Positions 36,036 through 49,944 of a stretch of DNA of 64,000 bases are shown in pieces. The position numbers and the translations under genes were made by a program. Under the pieces are notes generated by a model. It searched no databases and was not told where the DNA came from. It saw only the letters and a list, made by a program, of their open reading frames with translations. Location of the stretch: positions 4,993,190 to 5,057,189 of the forward strand of contig OZ037771.1 of assembly GCA_964035545.1 (NCBI GenBank), read 5' to 3'. The DNA is from Bugula neritina. Lineage: Eukaryota > Animalia > Bryozoa. The number at the start of each line of letters is the position of its first letter. The stretch's first letter is position 1.

Positions 36036-39000
36036 GAGGGTTTTCAGACATCCCTCTAAGGGGATTTGTATTTTAAAGTTGTCTCCCCCTACAGGGATTG
36101 GGGGCAGTCTCGATGATATATAGAAAACCCATAAAATAAGTAGAGATGTAAGGTTTGAGTGAAGACTACTACTAGTATAAGTTTCATTTTTTCTGAGATT
36201 AATATTTTGGCATAAGTACACATATGAGCAGTTTTAGAAATTTTTTAAAAAATTTTGTTAATGATAAATAGCACAAAAACAAAACTTCAAAGCATATTTG
36301 TGGTTTTGGTTATTGAGCAAATCTGAAGCTGGCAGCTGTCATTATTATTTGCTTTGCTGACTGTAACCAGTCTGTTTAGAGCTGCTAACCTTTCAACTCT
36401 TAGAACAATAATAACATGCTTGTACACTATATAGCTGCACTAGTAAACTCTGTCTTACTGAACTCCAAATGCTCCAAATTATGGGTTGGAACACATGCCT
36501 GTACGTTTAAGAAGGCACTGGTTCATTTGTATTAACATGTTCACGTACTATACTATACTATGAAAATAACTCCTAAAAGTTTACCATCTGAAAATATTAC
36601 ACTAACTGAAGATAAGAAAATAGCAAACAGTTTTAATAAATACTTTACTTCCATAGGAACAACGTTATCAAAGAAATTTACTGACGACAATTTTGATTTT
36701 ACAGCTCGGAAGTCAGATAAAAAACTTGATGAACAGTTTAGCTTTACAAATATTGAAAGCACAGTCATTGAAAGCTTACTTAAAGATGTAAACCCAGCCA
36801 AAGCTGCAGAATTAGATTTAGCTCCCACCAACCTAATAAAAATATCTGCATCTCATCTTTTAAAGCCTTTAGCTTACATTATAAACACAATTATCAATGA
36901 TGGCGCTTTTCCAAATGAACTAAAAAAAGCTAAAGTTGTTCCTCTACACAAAAAGGCATAGCTACTGATGTAAGTAATTACCGCCCAATCTCTATATTAC
37001 CTGCTTTCAGTAAGATAGCTGAAAAGATTTTAAATAAGCAAATAGTAGATTTTCTAAAAAGCAAAAATTATTTAACTGATAAGCAGTACGGCTTTAGACG
37101 AAATAAAAACACAAATATTGCCTTAATTAATCTAACAACTAAGGTTTTAAATGCCATGAACAATGGTAATTCTGTAGCTGAAATTTTCCTCGATTTTAGT
37201 AAAGCCTTTGACACAATAAATCATGAAATCTTATTAGCTAAATTAAAAATGCTCCACTTTTCAAGTCACAGTGTGAAGTTAATTAAAAATTATCTGTCCA
37301 ATCGTCAACAGTCTACTATTATTAACAACACATATTCTGACTTTATTCATATCACATGTGGAGTACTACAAGGATCCATACTTGGTCCCACATTATTCCT
37401 AATTTATATAAATGATCTTCCAGATGTAACTATGCATTTAGACCCTATATTATTTGCCGACGATACGAACCTCTTCTTTAAATCAAAAAATCTATTAAAC
37501 AATATGGACATCATAAACTGTGAATTAAAGAAAATTGAAACTTGGTGCAATAAAAATAAATTAACTGTAAACATGAGTAAAACAAACTATATGATAATCA
37601 AAACAGCGCAAAATAAACAATATTTAAATTGCTTTGCCTTAGAAATGTTCAACAAAAAATTAGTGGAGGTAAAATCAACCACCTTCTTAGGTATTATAAT
37701 AGATTCACATCTTTCTTGGCAACAACATTGCAGCAAACTTTGTCAAAACCTAAGGCCCTTAGTAGGCTTGATAAGTAAATGTTCCCATCACCTACCTAAA
37801 AAAATTCTAATACAAATATATAACTCTTTTGTAAATTCTAAATCAACATATTGCCTAGAATCGTGGGGTAATGCAGCAAACATTTACTTTGAACCATTAC
37901 ATTTACTACAAAAAAAATACTGAAAATTATATATAAAAAGCATCACCTTTCCGCATCTAAACCACTGTTTCTTAGTTCTTCAATCATGCCTATTCACACT
38001 CTACACAAATTCAAACTAATACTGCTCTCACATAAACTTTACTATTCTCAACTAACACATCTCACACATAACTATCCCACAATATTTTCAGAGTTCAGCC
38101 TACAAACTCCTCCATCATCAACTGCTGCAGGTCAACGAAGAGTGAAATTCCAATGTTCATCGCTATGGAATAAATTGCCTAATTCTATTCGTGCTGTGGA
38201 AAGGGAGGCTGGTTTCAAACTTGCCCTGAGAGACCACCTAATGACAAATTTCCAGATAAAAAAATAATACTCTTTGAGTTGCTAAAAAACTTTCCAAAAA
38301 CCTAAACAAAAATCTTTTATAACTGTCAACCATTCATGGTTCGGTGCCTCGACTAGCTACAGTGCTATTGCGCCATAGGCCCTGTCATTTTGTTTATTTT
38401 TTCTCAATTAATTTTTTCCCCGACTACGACAAAATGAAAACAAACAAACTAAGTACCCTATTATCTAATATTTCTATATATAAAAAAAATTATTATGAAT
38501 ACAAGAATATGTATTATAAAATAAATAGATTAAATTTGTAATTTCAAACATCTTATCTAAAAATGCCAAACACTGTATAGCTATATATATGTTTTATAAG
38601 CATTTGTTTACATGGCATGTCTGCAAGTCAATAAAAATATTTAGAGAATAATAAAAAGAAGCATATACATTTCAGAACAGTTTCTGTTGAATTGTGGGAC
38701 ATTTCCAAAATATTCATCTCAGAAACTATTCTGAAATTTATATGCTTCTTTTTACTGTTCTCTAAATATTTTCATTGACTTGCAGACATGCCATGTAAAC
38801 AAATGCTTATAAAACATAAATATAGCTATACAGTGTTTGGCATTTTTAGATAAGATGTTGTTTGAATTTACAAATTTAATCTATCTATTTTAATACATAT
38901 CTTTATATTTATAATGATTTTTTTGATATATAGAAATTTAGATAGTAGGGTGGCTTAGTTATTTTCATAGTATAGGTGTGTAAGTACGTGAACATGTTGA

Positions 39001-39495
39001 TACAAATGAACCAGTGCCTTCTTAAACGTACAGGCATGTGTTCCAACCCATAATTTGGAGCATTTGAAGTTCAGTAAGACAGAGCCCACTAGTGCAGCTA
39101 TATAGTGTACAAGCATGTTATTATTGTCTAAGAGTTGAAAGGTTAGCAGCTCTAAACAGACTGGTTACAGTCAGCAAAGCAAATAATAATGACAGCTGCC
39201 AGCTTCAGATTTGCTCAATAACCAAAACCACAAATATGCTTTGAAGTTTTGTTTTTGTGCCATATATCATTAACAAAATTTTTTAAAAAATTTCTGAAAC
39301 TGCTCATATGTGTACTTATGCCAAAATATTAATCTCAGAAAAAATGAAACTTACACTAGTAGTAGTCTTCACTCAAACCTTACATTTATACTTATTTTAT
39401 GGGCCTTCTATATATCATCGAGACTGCCCCCAATCCCTGTAGGGGGAGACAACTTTAAAATACAAATTCCCCTAGAGGGATGTCTGAAACCCCTT
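36036..39495. mobile_element. Foldback (long-TIR) non-autonomous DNA element interrupted by a LINE
   Basis: 36036-36571 plus 38451-38686 is the reverse complement of 38720-39495 (arms about 775 bp, spacer about 33 bp). Confidence 0.85.
36572..38446 (+). mobile_element. 5'-truncated LINE (L2/Crack/Daphne-like RT), degenerate
   Basis: NYRPIS, FLDFSKAFDTINH, QGSILGP and FADD motifs; (AAAC)n tail; possible AACT duplication. Confidence 0.88.
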
Positions 39496-39612
39496 TATTC
39501 AACAGTAAATTGATGTAATTTATACTCTTAGAATATTAACATAGATAAATGTACTAGAAAGCAGGTGATATTATATTTACTCTATAATTGCGTACGTATA
39601 TACTAAAAATAG

Positions 39613-39859
39613 ATCATTTGTTATTAACAGAGAGACACAGCTGTTGGTGGAAGCACTCTGGTATGAATCCTTCCGAAGTCTGGTTATGGCTCAAGTCTAA
39701 AAAACTCTTTACAAAGGAGGAAATAAAGAAGCTCTCTTCAGGTCGACCGATCACTGACCTTAGGATAGAGGGAGATCTGCCAGCTGCTGTTACAGAGTTT
39801 GCTCCACTTGTGACTAACCTGTATATTGAAGGCCTTACCAGTATCAACAGTTTGGAACA
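39613..39859 (+). CDS. Host LRR gene internal exon (N-terminal region/LRR cap)
   Basis: AG acceptor 39611-39612; open frame DHLLLTERH...LTSINSLE; phase-2 donor GTGAGT joins the LRR exons in frame. Confidence 0.75.
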
Positions 39860-40952
39860 GTGAGTCTATCATCACTTTGTTATCAACATGTTAAAGGTCA
39901 CAATATCTCTATCCTCTAGAACATGACTTCTCTTTGGATAATAACATGTACTTGAGTTATGTATTTAGCTGTCGGTTTTTCAGTTGTAACTCACTGACTA
40001 TTTACTAGGCCTGCACAGTGTCAGACTGCACTGCCAAATGATTAAATATGGTTAAAAATAATCATACATCGAAAAACATCAAAATTTGGAGTTGTGTCCC
40101 CTTTTTACTCGATGTAGTTCGGTGTCGGCTCTATTGGGGAAGCGATTACTCCCACCGGCATGCTTAGACAGCTCTGAATCATGTATCAATGTACTAATGT
40201 ATCAGCATACAAACCTCATTTTATAGCATTAGCTACCAACTCATATTTCAAATTCAGAAAATTGGATAGGAAAGCTGTTTCTAGGCTATTCTTGAAATAG
40301 ACTACTGCACTACACTGTTAACACTAACAATGGCTACACTGCTATATCAAATCTGTTTCACTACCTGCATGATTTACAACCACTGTAGCGTACGGTTGAT
40401 AGCTGTTGAGATAATTCACACTGCTTAGAGTTAGTCACTCTATGAATACCTCAGTATGACAGCAAGTTCCTTATATTCAAATTTTACAGGACAAAAATAC
40501 GCTATCAACTATAGGAAGCGAGTTTAACCTGCCAACATCGAAAACAATCAAAACGAGGAAAAAACATCAGTTTATTATATCTTATAAGCATGCAAGTGGT
40601 CACAAGTTTGTTTTTATGTCTGCGCTTCATTCCGGCCATAAAATGCTAGGACTGTTAGCATGTTCATCATAGTAGGTTTGAGACTGCAATGCTTCTTGCT
40701 GACAATATGGCCTGACAGCGAGAACAGTCTCTCAGATGCCACACTAGAGGCGCAGACACTGAAGACATTTTATGCAATTTGACTGTATGTAGGAAATTCA
40801 CACTGGTGGGTCTGCTACCAGGTAGTAATCTCGTTCTGCGCCTCACAAGTCAGACTCAGCAGGAATTCGAGCTGAAAATTTAAGCAAAGCATTCAATTGC
40901 AACATATCACAAGATATATTGAATATGAAGTTGTCAAATATGAATATCTAGC

Positions 40953-40958
<6 letters not shown>

Positions 40959-41006
<48 letters not shown>
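40959..41006. repeat. (TA)n microsatellite, left flank of the PLE
   Basis: Pure TA run. Confidence 0.95.
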
Positions 41007-41012
<6 letters not shown>

Positions 41013-41040
41013 GAAATAAAATGAGATTTGATTAATATAA

Positions 41041-41103
41041 TGGCATTTATTACTAGTAGTTTCGTACACAAGAACGATGTGCACTCGTCAGATAAATTAG
41101 CCA
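41041..41103 (-). ncRNA. Minimal type I hammerhead ribozyme in the PLE 3' repeat
   Basis: Reverse complement of the 43275-43337 copy; core intact. Confidence 0.85.
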
Positions 41104-43274
41104 CTATGATTGTTTACAACTATAAATAATGTAATATGTAAATATACACAGATTAAAGCTAGAAGATCAAAATATAACAAAAAGGTAGCATTGTAATTAG
41201 TTGGCTATGTTACAGCATTCTTGAGTAGAAATTTACTACTATGTCTGCATATGGATAAAAAGTCATAGCGCTTATTGAGGGAAGACAACTGTGGCTTATA
41301 AAGAATGAAAAATTTTTCCCATGAGCATAGCTGACAGATTTTAGTGTTGTTGTTGTATGGTTAAGTTTTTCTGAGAATTTTCCAGGATATGGTAAAATCC
41401 AGACCTTTGTCTTTTAAGGTCCAGATGTGTTTACTCAACTCAGTTTGCATGCACTTGGTTGGGTGTCTGAAAGAAGCAAGGTGGTTGTAGTATCTTGCCT
41501 TGAATGCAGTGGAGGAAATTCCTACATATGTTTCAGCAGTATCTTTTGATGGGACGAATACTTTGGCCTGGTACACAATGTTTGGGGTGGTGCATTCTCC
41601 TGGGAGCGGGCATGTCTTTACATTTCTACAGTTACAGCCTGCCTGTGATATAGGGGTGGTGTTGCATTTAGTAACACTTCTGTTGTGAGCAGTGATGGTC
41701 TGCTCTAAATTTGGGCAGCAACTGTAGCTGAGTTTGAGTGTGTTTTTATTAAATATTTTGTGCAGTGGGTGTTTGGTGTTGAATATATCTTTTATCAGCT
41801 TGAGGTATATGGAGCCGATTTTCGTCTTTACATTGCGGCTATAAGGTGGATTGTACCAGATGACTTGTCTTTGTCTGATGGGTTTGATGCTTGTATTGGT
41901 GTTGTCAGTATAGTCTTTGTATTTGAGTTGGTAGTCATATCCGCTTTTAGCCAAAGCATCTTGATATAGTGGGATGGCATTGTTGAAGATAGTTTCATTG
42001 GTAGATATGTCACAAAGTCTGCGGTTTATAGATTCTGGTATGTTATTCAGTATGCTGGGAGGATGGTTAGAGTCTTTGTGTACATACAGAGGGATGTTGT
42101 TGGGCTTGGAGTACGGTGTATGATGTTTCTTGACCAGATCTAGGGTGGTGTCTAAATAGTCAGTTGTTTTGATATTAACATCTATGGTGATCTTTAGACC
42201 GTGTGACTGGAATAATATGCAAAGATCTTTTTTCAGTCTTTCAGCTAGTTGTGGTTTAAGATCTGTTACACCTAGCCCATCGTCTCTATATAGTCCAATG
42301 TTAGCTTTGAACTTTTTTGAGATTTTACTTAACAAAAATAATCCTACTAATTCACATGTTTCAGCACCATCATGTGAGCCCATAGTGACGTCAAACAAAT
42401 TATCTGATTGTCTTTTACCCCAAAATGAGTTGTCATGCACCAATATGGATTTTTTTGTGTGCAATATGATATTCCGTTCGTGGTTGCTGACTGTAGTATG
42501 CAAGTTGGCAAAGTCGAGGGCATCAGATAGTAGCTTTGGCGATATAGATGGATAAAATTCCACAATATCGAACACGATAAAAGAGTGCCTGTTTGTGGTG
42601 GTCAAATTGTCAAACCAATGTAAAACTGCAGATGTGCTTTTCCACTGATTTAGGCCAAGTTTGCTGTTTATCGATGTATTAATTCTGTCAAGTAGTTGTT
42701 TACTCACCCTACCTATCTCTGGTTTGGTGGGGTTAATAAGGCGGCAGGTGGGGTTAGTTATGTAGTTAGCCTTATGATCCTTGATAGTAATGAAGGCGGG
42801 TTTCTTAGCTGTTATAGTAATTCTGTCATCAAGTTCCAATTGTTCAGCCATGGCTTTGTCCTCACTAGTGATGTTGGAGACTTTGTCATTTGATATTTTC
42901 TTATAGGTTTTAGTGATATTGTTAGTTAAGAGTCTGTCATACGATTCTTTGTCCATTTTGTAGAAATTGTTGCTTTTGTCTGCAGGCACTATTATATTGT
43001 CGCTCATGGTTATTTTATGCTTGATGTCGGAGGATAGCTTGTCTTGAAAGGTATTGTGGACATGTCTAAACTTAACAGATCGGATCATGTCAGCTAATCC
43101 TTGCTCGAAACTTTGCATAGCTGTGATCTGTGGTGGGGACTTTTTAGACCTACTCAAGAATGCTGTAACATAGCCAACTAATTACAATGCTACCTTTTTG
43201 TTATATTCTGATCTTCTAGCTTTAATCTGTGTATATTTACATATTACATTATTTATAGTTGTAAACAATCATAG

Positions 43275-43337
43275 TGGCTAATTTATCTGACGAGTGCACA
43301 TCGTTCTTGTGTACGAAACTACTAGTAATAAATGCCA
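43275..43337 (+). ncRNA. Minimal type I hammerhead ribozyme, inverted copy
   Basis: Stem I ATTTAT/ATAAAT plus TGGC/GCCA; CTGACGA; stem II GTGCACA/TGTGTAC; GAAA; short stem III CTA-C-TAG; GTA cleavage triplet. Confidence 0.88.
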
Positions 43338-43432
43338 TTATATTAATCAAATCTCATTTTATTTCTTCTAATGTTTACGCTCTAGATTTATTTCTATAGA
43401 GCACTCTAGTAACGTTTTATAAACACTCATTT

Positions 43433-43435
<3 letters not shown>

Positions 43436-43497
<62 letters not shown>
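43436..43497. repeat. (TA)n microsatellite, right flank of the PLE
   Basis: Pure TA run. Confidence 0.95.
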
Positions 43498-43501
<4 letters not shown>

Positions 43502-46151
43502 AATCTCAGTTTAAAATATTACAAATTGTTACTGTTATGTCATGTCACTACCTCTCGTTTCGATTTTTCCTCTGGAGTCAGAGAGACACTTTGGGTCTGT
43601 GACGGAGCTCCAACATTTTTTTGCTTACTCAACAGAATTGCTGCTAGGGAGGATTTCTTCGGCGCTCGCGATTCTGCAAATAAATTGACAAGTACAATCA
43701 TTAATCAATGTGATTATTTATGATAATAATGGTAACAATAATCATAGACTCTATAGAGTATAGACCATCACATAGATAGTAAATAATGATAATTTAGTTT
43801 GAATGAATAAAAAAATTAATTATTAATAATACTTACCAAGTGTAATAGTAATAGTAATAATTAATATTATTATTACTACTGCATGCAAACTTTTATAAGG
43901 GAGTATGGCCACTTCGTTGGCCCGACTGGCAATGATTCATTATTATAGATAATCAATTCAATCATTATTAGGCCTACAGCCTACTACCTCAGTATACTCA
44001 GACTGAGATTCTAAATAGATTCTACTACCTTAGTACATTATTTTTTATTAGTATTACTATTAAGAATAAAATCAAATCAATATGATTATTTATGATAATA
44101 ATGGTAACAATAATCATAGACTCTATAAACCATCGCATAGATAGTAAATACTAATAGTGATAATTTACTAATACTAATAGTAATAGTAATACTAATACTA
44201 ATAGTAATAGTAATACTAATAGTAATAATTAATATTATTATTACTGCATGCAAACTTTTATAAGTCCCCATAAAATTAGCTAACTCCTGTCCCACATTTA
44301 GTTAAGTTGGTATAGAAAGCCAGCTAACTCAACACCAACAGCAAAACATTACTCACTGCTTCATCAATCATTTGAATGTCATTATCAGCTTCAGCCATTT
44401 CTCTTGCTCCAATGCTTTACTTTCACCGCCTTTTCTGCTTATGCGCTAACAATAGTCTGAGGGACTAACTCCATTTTATGACACAGCAGCTACTTTACAA
44501 ATTCTAATACTCCTAACGGAGTGGCATAACGAACTAACTTAAGAAAAAAAAACAGTTAAAAAAAGAGAGAGCAACTCCAAGACACCGAAACTTCGGTCGA
44601 TGCACTGAACTGAAACTATAAGTTTATAGTTCAATGGGTCGATGGCTTTCGGTTGTTAATAAACTGATAATCAGTGATTCGATTGGTAGGTCACATCGAA
44701 AACATCGTTTACCATCGAACCATCGTGCAGGCTTACTATTTACTGAAATATTGAAATGTCTGGTGAGTTATACTTGTATGGCATGTCAGCAATATTCCTT
44801 CATATCTCTACTGCACCTGAGTAGTCTTTCTGTTCCCCTTGAATTATAGAAGTGAGTGCTGTATATATTAGGAAATTTGGAAAAGTCTGTATGCTTGATG
44901 AGAAAAAGTGCAAACTAAATTATGTTCAACCGAACCCCTAAAAAGAAATTCATAAAAACCGGTAAAGAATTGAATTTGAAGAGTATAGAATTTTTTCCAT
45001 TGTTGCACTTATATAGAATTATATTAGTTTGAGCCGAAGCTGTTGGGGAAGAGGTCAACAATGACTTCTGGTGACTCACACATCATAGCTGATTACCTGC
45101 AGTGGGGATAACTTTTAATATTTATTCTGCCAGTAGAGAAATGGGTAGTTGTATATTCATTAAGGAAATCACAAATCAAATATAATTTTACCTGCACAGC
45201 TTGTAGCCTTAGGTTTGTTTCATATTCTTCAAAGTATTCACTGCTATTAGTTTTGTCTCCGTTCCTTCTAGTGTATTATCCGTGCTTTAGAAGTTGTTTG
45301 AGTTGCTAAAATTGTGAGATAAAATTATACATTTTTCGATCAAATGAAATATAGAGTAAAACAATCAACTATATTTAATATATTCTGAACACAGCTATAG
45401 TTTATATATACTGATGAGTAATAATCTAGAATCACTCTGAAATAAGATCTCCCTTCCTACCTATCAGCATTATCTCAATTGTATCCCCAGCTTTTATAAT
45501 CACTTTATACTTAGTCCAGGGATGTGAACACTTTATTCTTATTATCTCAAAGTAGTTGTTGGACTTTTCATTACTTGGGCCTACCTGTTACTGCCTGCCT
45601 TACAGCTACTATCACACCTATGGCCAGTTTTATACTGCATCATAATTTACTTGCATCAGAGTCAAGTTTAAGTGAATTGAAACTACAGAGATGTATCTTC
45701 TCTTGTTTTCTCTCCAGGTTTTTCCTCGCCTTCTGTAATCAGTAATTCTCAGGTGGCTGCCTTGGCAGCAAAACCTGGTCATACAGAGTAAAACCCATCT
45801 TCAATATTCTCTTTACAGGAAAATTGTTACAACTGCTGTTGATTTAGCAATTTGTTACAACTGAATCATCTTATCTCTTAAGAAGCACTTTCTTCTCATA
45901 TATACTTTGATCTAATCGCTAATTTTGTATGTATACCACATTCTCTCTGTGTTCTAATTATATGTAAAAATATATTAGAGTAGAATAAAACTGATCTAGT
46001 AGTCCCAGCATACCAACTCTTTAATTATAAATTGAATTCATAAAACACAAATAACTGACACAATTCATACTTGCAGAGCAGAAATAATAAAAGGTCACTG
46101 CATGTTCAACATAATATTCCTACAACAAGGTTTATTGTATGTATATTACAG

Positions 46152-46289
46152 TCTCTCTCAACTCACACATCTACACACATTAGTTGTGTCTCGTAATAAG
46201 TTAGGAACATTACCTGAGGTGATACCAAAGATGAAGTCACTTACAGAGTTACATCTACAGTTCTGTGACTTACATACATTACCAGACAG
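46152..46289 (+). CDS. LRR exon 1 (138 nt, two 23-aa LRRs)
   Basis: AG|...|GTGAG, phase 2-2; LSQLTHLHTLVVSRNKLGTLPEVIPKMKSLTELHLQFCDLHTLPD. Confidence 0.92.
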
Positions 46290-47323
46290 GTGAGTTATAA
46301 CATGTTCACTGCTTTTACTTAAACTGTATAGATTAGTAATACTAAACACAACTTTTCACCTTTCTCACCTAATTGACTATAGTCCTGCAAGGTGGCCGTT
46401 CTGCAAGCTCCAAGCTCAATTACGCTCGGCTGTGGACTTATTCTTGCTTAAGGCTACAGTACTTCTTGGTAGATTTTATAGTATGTTTACATTTGTCAGA
46501 TTTTTAATATCTCCATATACCACTGATTCTTATTCATTAGCATTGAGGTTAATATCCTTATCTTTTCTTTTTTGCAAACATGGCAATACCACTGCAGGCA
46601 TTCTTTCTCCATGTCTGTAGGTATTCGTTTCACCTCAGCCTGTTGTCTGATCACATCATGTTCAATGTGCTCCTCGTAAGTTATCCAAAATATGTGTCTC
46701 ATTTTTACTGTCTTCATCCCGTCTTCCATCCTAAGAGTAACTGACCAGGTTTCATTACCATACAGAATGGATATTCTAAACAGAAGTACTGTATATTTAG
46801 TTGATACCTTCTCATCACACAGCATTTCTGAGAGATCCTTCAGCTTGTCTCAAGCCACTCCAATCCTCCTAGCTACTTCAGGGCCACAACCCACCATTCT
46901 GATTATTATAGTTGCAAGGCATTTGAAAGCACTAGTCCCAGGCAGATCACTGTAGGTATCTCAGTCATAGTATTTTTTTCTTCTCCTTGTTATCTTTTTT
47001 CACTGGTAGCATGTACTCAGTCTTGGTTGTGCTTCTTATTTTCTTTTCTCTGTTCTTCTAACATATCACTCTATTTGCCTATCCATTGCACAGCATTACG
47101 TCATCTGCAAATTGCATGGCCCATTGGCATTGGCCGGGAAGCTTGAAGTTTGGAACAGCTAGGAGGGTCATTAAAGTTCCAAGTTCCAAGTCTCAGGCAG
47201 TTAGCTGTATTTTTCTCAATCCTTATTTTTGTTTTTCACCTCATATAACCTCACAGTATGTTTAACATAATATTCCTGTAACTTGTATAATTATGGTCAT
47301 GGTATATTGTATGTATATTACAG

Positions 47324-47461
47324 TCTCTCTCAACTCACACATCTACACAAATTAGATGTGTCTGGTAATAAGTTAGGAACATTACCTGAGGTGATACCAA
47401 AGATGGAGTCACTTACAGAGTTACATCTAAAGGACTGTGACTTACATACATTACCAGATAG
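47324..47461 (+). CDS. LRR exon 2
   Basis: Same structure; KLDVSGN and ELHLKDC. Confidence 0.92.
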
Positions 47462-48483
47462 GTGAGATATATTAGTCATATATGTTCTACTATTATGTAA
47501 ACATATAATAAAGTATAATAGAACTGATACTAGTAGTCCCAGCCTGCCAAATTTACAGTAATAAAGTTGATACAATTTATCAACAAACCTCCCACCTTTC
47601 TAGCCTAGACCACCCTCATTTCTTGTTAGATTATATTGTATGTTTCCATTAGTCTGATTCTCCCTTATCTCTATTTACCATTGACTTCTATACATTGTAA
47701 TTGAGGCTAATATCATCATCTGTACTGCAAACATGTCTATACTGTTGCAGGTCTCTTCTCATGTCTGTAGATATTCGTTTCACCTCAGCCTGTTATCTAA
47801 TCACATCATGTTCAATGTGCTCCTCATAAGTTATCTAAAAGATGTGTCTTATTTCTGTTGTCTTCATCTTGTCTTCCATACCATGAGTAACTGACCAGGT
47901 TTCATTACCATACAGAATGGATATTCTAAACAGAAGTACTGTATGTTTAGTTGATACCTTCTCATCACACAGCACTTCTGAGAGATCCTTCCACTTGTCC
48001 CACACCACTCCAGTCTTCCTAGATACTTCGGGGCCACAACCCACCATTCTGATTTATTATAGTTATAATTTCATTCTATTAATTTCCAATCTAATTATAC
48101 AGTTTTCTTGTTTTGGCCAACTCTTATAAGTTTTTTGCTTGAATCTCTTGTAGGTATTCATAGAATATTTCATATGCCTTTACTTTACTTAGGCTTTTGC
48201 AATTTTGATTGTTGTCTGTTATTCTCACTGTATCATTTCTCTGTCATCTTTCCTTATTCCATCTAAAGAATTTCTCATCTCTTGGAGCTCAGCATTGCCT
48301 CACCAAGACTGCTATTTTTGACACCTGTTGAAAATGCCGATTTTCTTTTTGCTATCCGTACTGCACACTAATAACTGACAATCCATACTTGCAAAGCAAC
48401 AAGAAAATGCTCACTGGGTGTTTAACATAGCATTCCTGTAACTTGTATAATTATAGTCATGGTTTATTGTATGTATATTACAG

Positions 48484-48621
48484 TCTCTCTCAACTCACAC
48501 ATCTACACACATTAGATGTGTCTGATAATAAGTTAGGAACATTACCTGAGGTGATACCAAAGATGGAGTCACTTACAGAGTTACATCTAAAGGACTGTGA
48601 CTTACATACATTACCAGACAG
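48484..48621 (+). CDS. LRR exon 3
   Basis: Same structure; TLDVSDN and ELHLKDC. Confidence 0.92.
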
Positions 48622-49570
48622 GTGAGATATATTAGTTATATATGTTCTACTATTATGTAAACATATAATAAAGTATAATAGAATTAATACTAGTAGTCCC
48701 AGCATACCTACTCTAGCAATAAAGTGAATACAATTCATCAACAAACCTCCCACCTTTCTTGCCTAGACCAACTCTCATTTCTTGTTAGATTATATTGTAT
48801 GTTTCCATTAGTCGGATTCTTTCTTGTCTCTATTTACCATTGACTTCTATACACTGTAATTGAGGCTAATATCATCTTCTTCTTTCCTGCAAACATGTCC
48901 ATACTGTTGCAGGTCTCTTCTCATGTCTGTAGATATTCGTTTCACCTCAGCCTGTTATCTAATCACATCATGTTCAATGTGCTCCTCGTAAGTTATCCAA
49001 TAGATGTGTCTTATTTCTGCTGCATTCATCTTGTCTTCCATCCCATGAATAACTGACCAGGTTTCATTACCATACAGGAGGTAAGGTTTTATGAAATTGT
49101 GGTTGAAATAGTATTGCTATCTTCTTTTTTATATTTTCCTCATCTGAGAGCATTTTATTCTCTTTATCTTTTACAAATTTCTTTCTGTCAATATCTAAAA
49201 GTTGTCTTTTTCTTGTTGTGGCCTGCTGGTATAGGTTCTTTGCTTTGTTCTCTTGTAGGTTTTCATCTAACCCCTCATATTCCATTTTGTTGGCTTTTAC
49301 TAATTCATCTTCTGCGTGTTTGTTTTTCTTTTTATATTCTCTTCTCACTGCTCCTAGATGTTTTCCATCTTTTGATACCTTTTTTTCAATTAGAAACTCA
49401 TGTACCTCAGCATTCCTTTTCTGTATATTTGCCACCTGTTAAAACTGCAGTTTCTCTTTAGGCTATTATTACTGCCCACAATTAACTGACACAATTCATA
49501 CTTCCAAAACAACAGCAATATAAAATCACTGTATGTTTAACATAATAGGCCTGTAACTTGTATATTACAG

Positions 49571-49708
49571 TCTCTCTCAACTCACACATCTACACACATT
49601 AGATGTGTCTGGTAATAAGTTAGGAACATTACCTGAGGTGATACCAAAGATGGAGTCACTTACAGAGTTATCTCTATGGAGCTGTGACTTACATACATTA
49701 CCTGACAG
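49571..49708 (+). CDS. LRR exon 4 (not in the ORF track on the plus strand)
   Basis: Same structure; TLDVSGN and ELSLWSC. Confidence 0.92.
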
Positions 49709-49944
49709 GTGAGATATATTAGTTACATATTGTCTACTACTATGTAAACATATAATAAAGTATGATATAATTAATAATAGTAGTCCCAGCATACCAACTC
49801 TCCAATAATAAAGTGAATATAATACTAAAACAGAGATAACTGAACAATTCATACTTGCAAAACAATGATAATATAAATCCACTTCATTTTTAGCGAAATA
49901 TTGTTGTATAATTATGGTCATGGTATATTGTATGTATATTATAG

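Larger units (their letters stand above)
41007..43435 (-). mobile_element. Penelope-like retroelement (probably Naiad-type), 5'-truncated, with inverted pseudo-LTR
   Basis: RT (MGS...YRDD) and GIY-YIG (IVY...YVG); CNCx5C linker; C-terminal CxxC...CRH after an in-frame TAA, true end about 41205; 41006-41228 inverted at 43150-43372. Confidence 0.92.
40006..44735. mobile_element. Non-autonomous hAT-like element containing a nested Penelope-like element
   Basis: TIR TAGGCCTGCAC / GTGCAGGCTTA; 8-bp TSD CTATTTAC; repeated CATCG subterminal motifs. Confidence 0.85.
46500..49440 (-). mobile_element. Old RTE-clade LINE fragments duplicated within the LRR introns
   Basis: LYGNETW...WYCHV and FADD remnants at about 46500-47120, 47700-48050 and 48840-49440. 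Confidence 0.7.

Noticed and set aside
36015-39513. Twin 67-68 aa ORFs (MYLCQNINL...) as duplicated genes
   Set aside because: They are the two arms of the foldback element and show no protein features
41361-41363. In-frame stop in the PLE ORF as selenocysteine recoding
   Set aside because: The codon is TAA, not TGA, and not at a Cys position; a nonsense mutation is simpler
43720-44262. Two related AT-rich blocks with (TAA/TAG)n and ORF 44086-44295
   Set aside because: Local duplication of low-complexity DNA inside the hAT element; the ORF is a simple-repeat artefact
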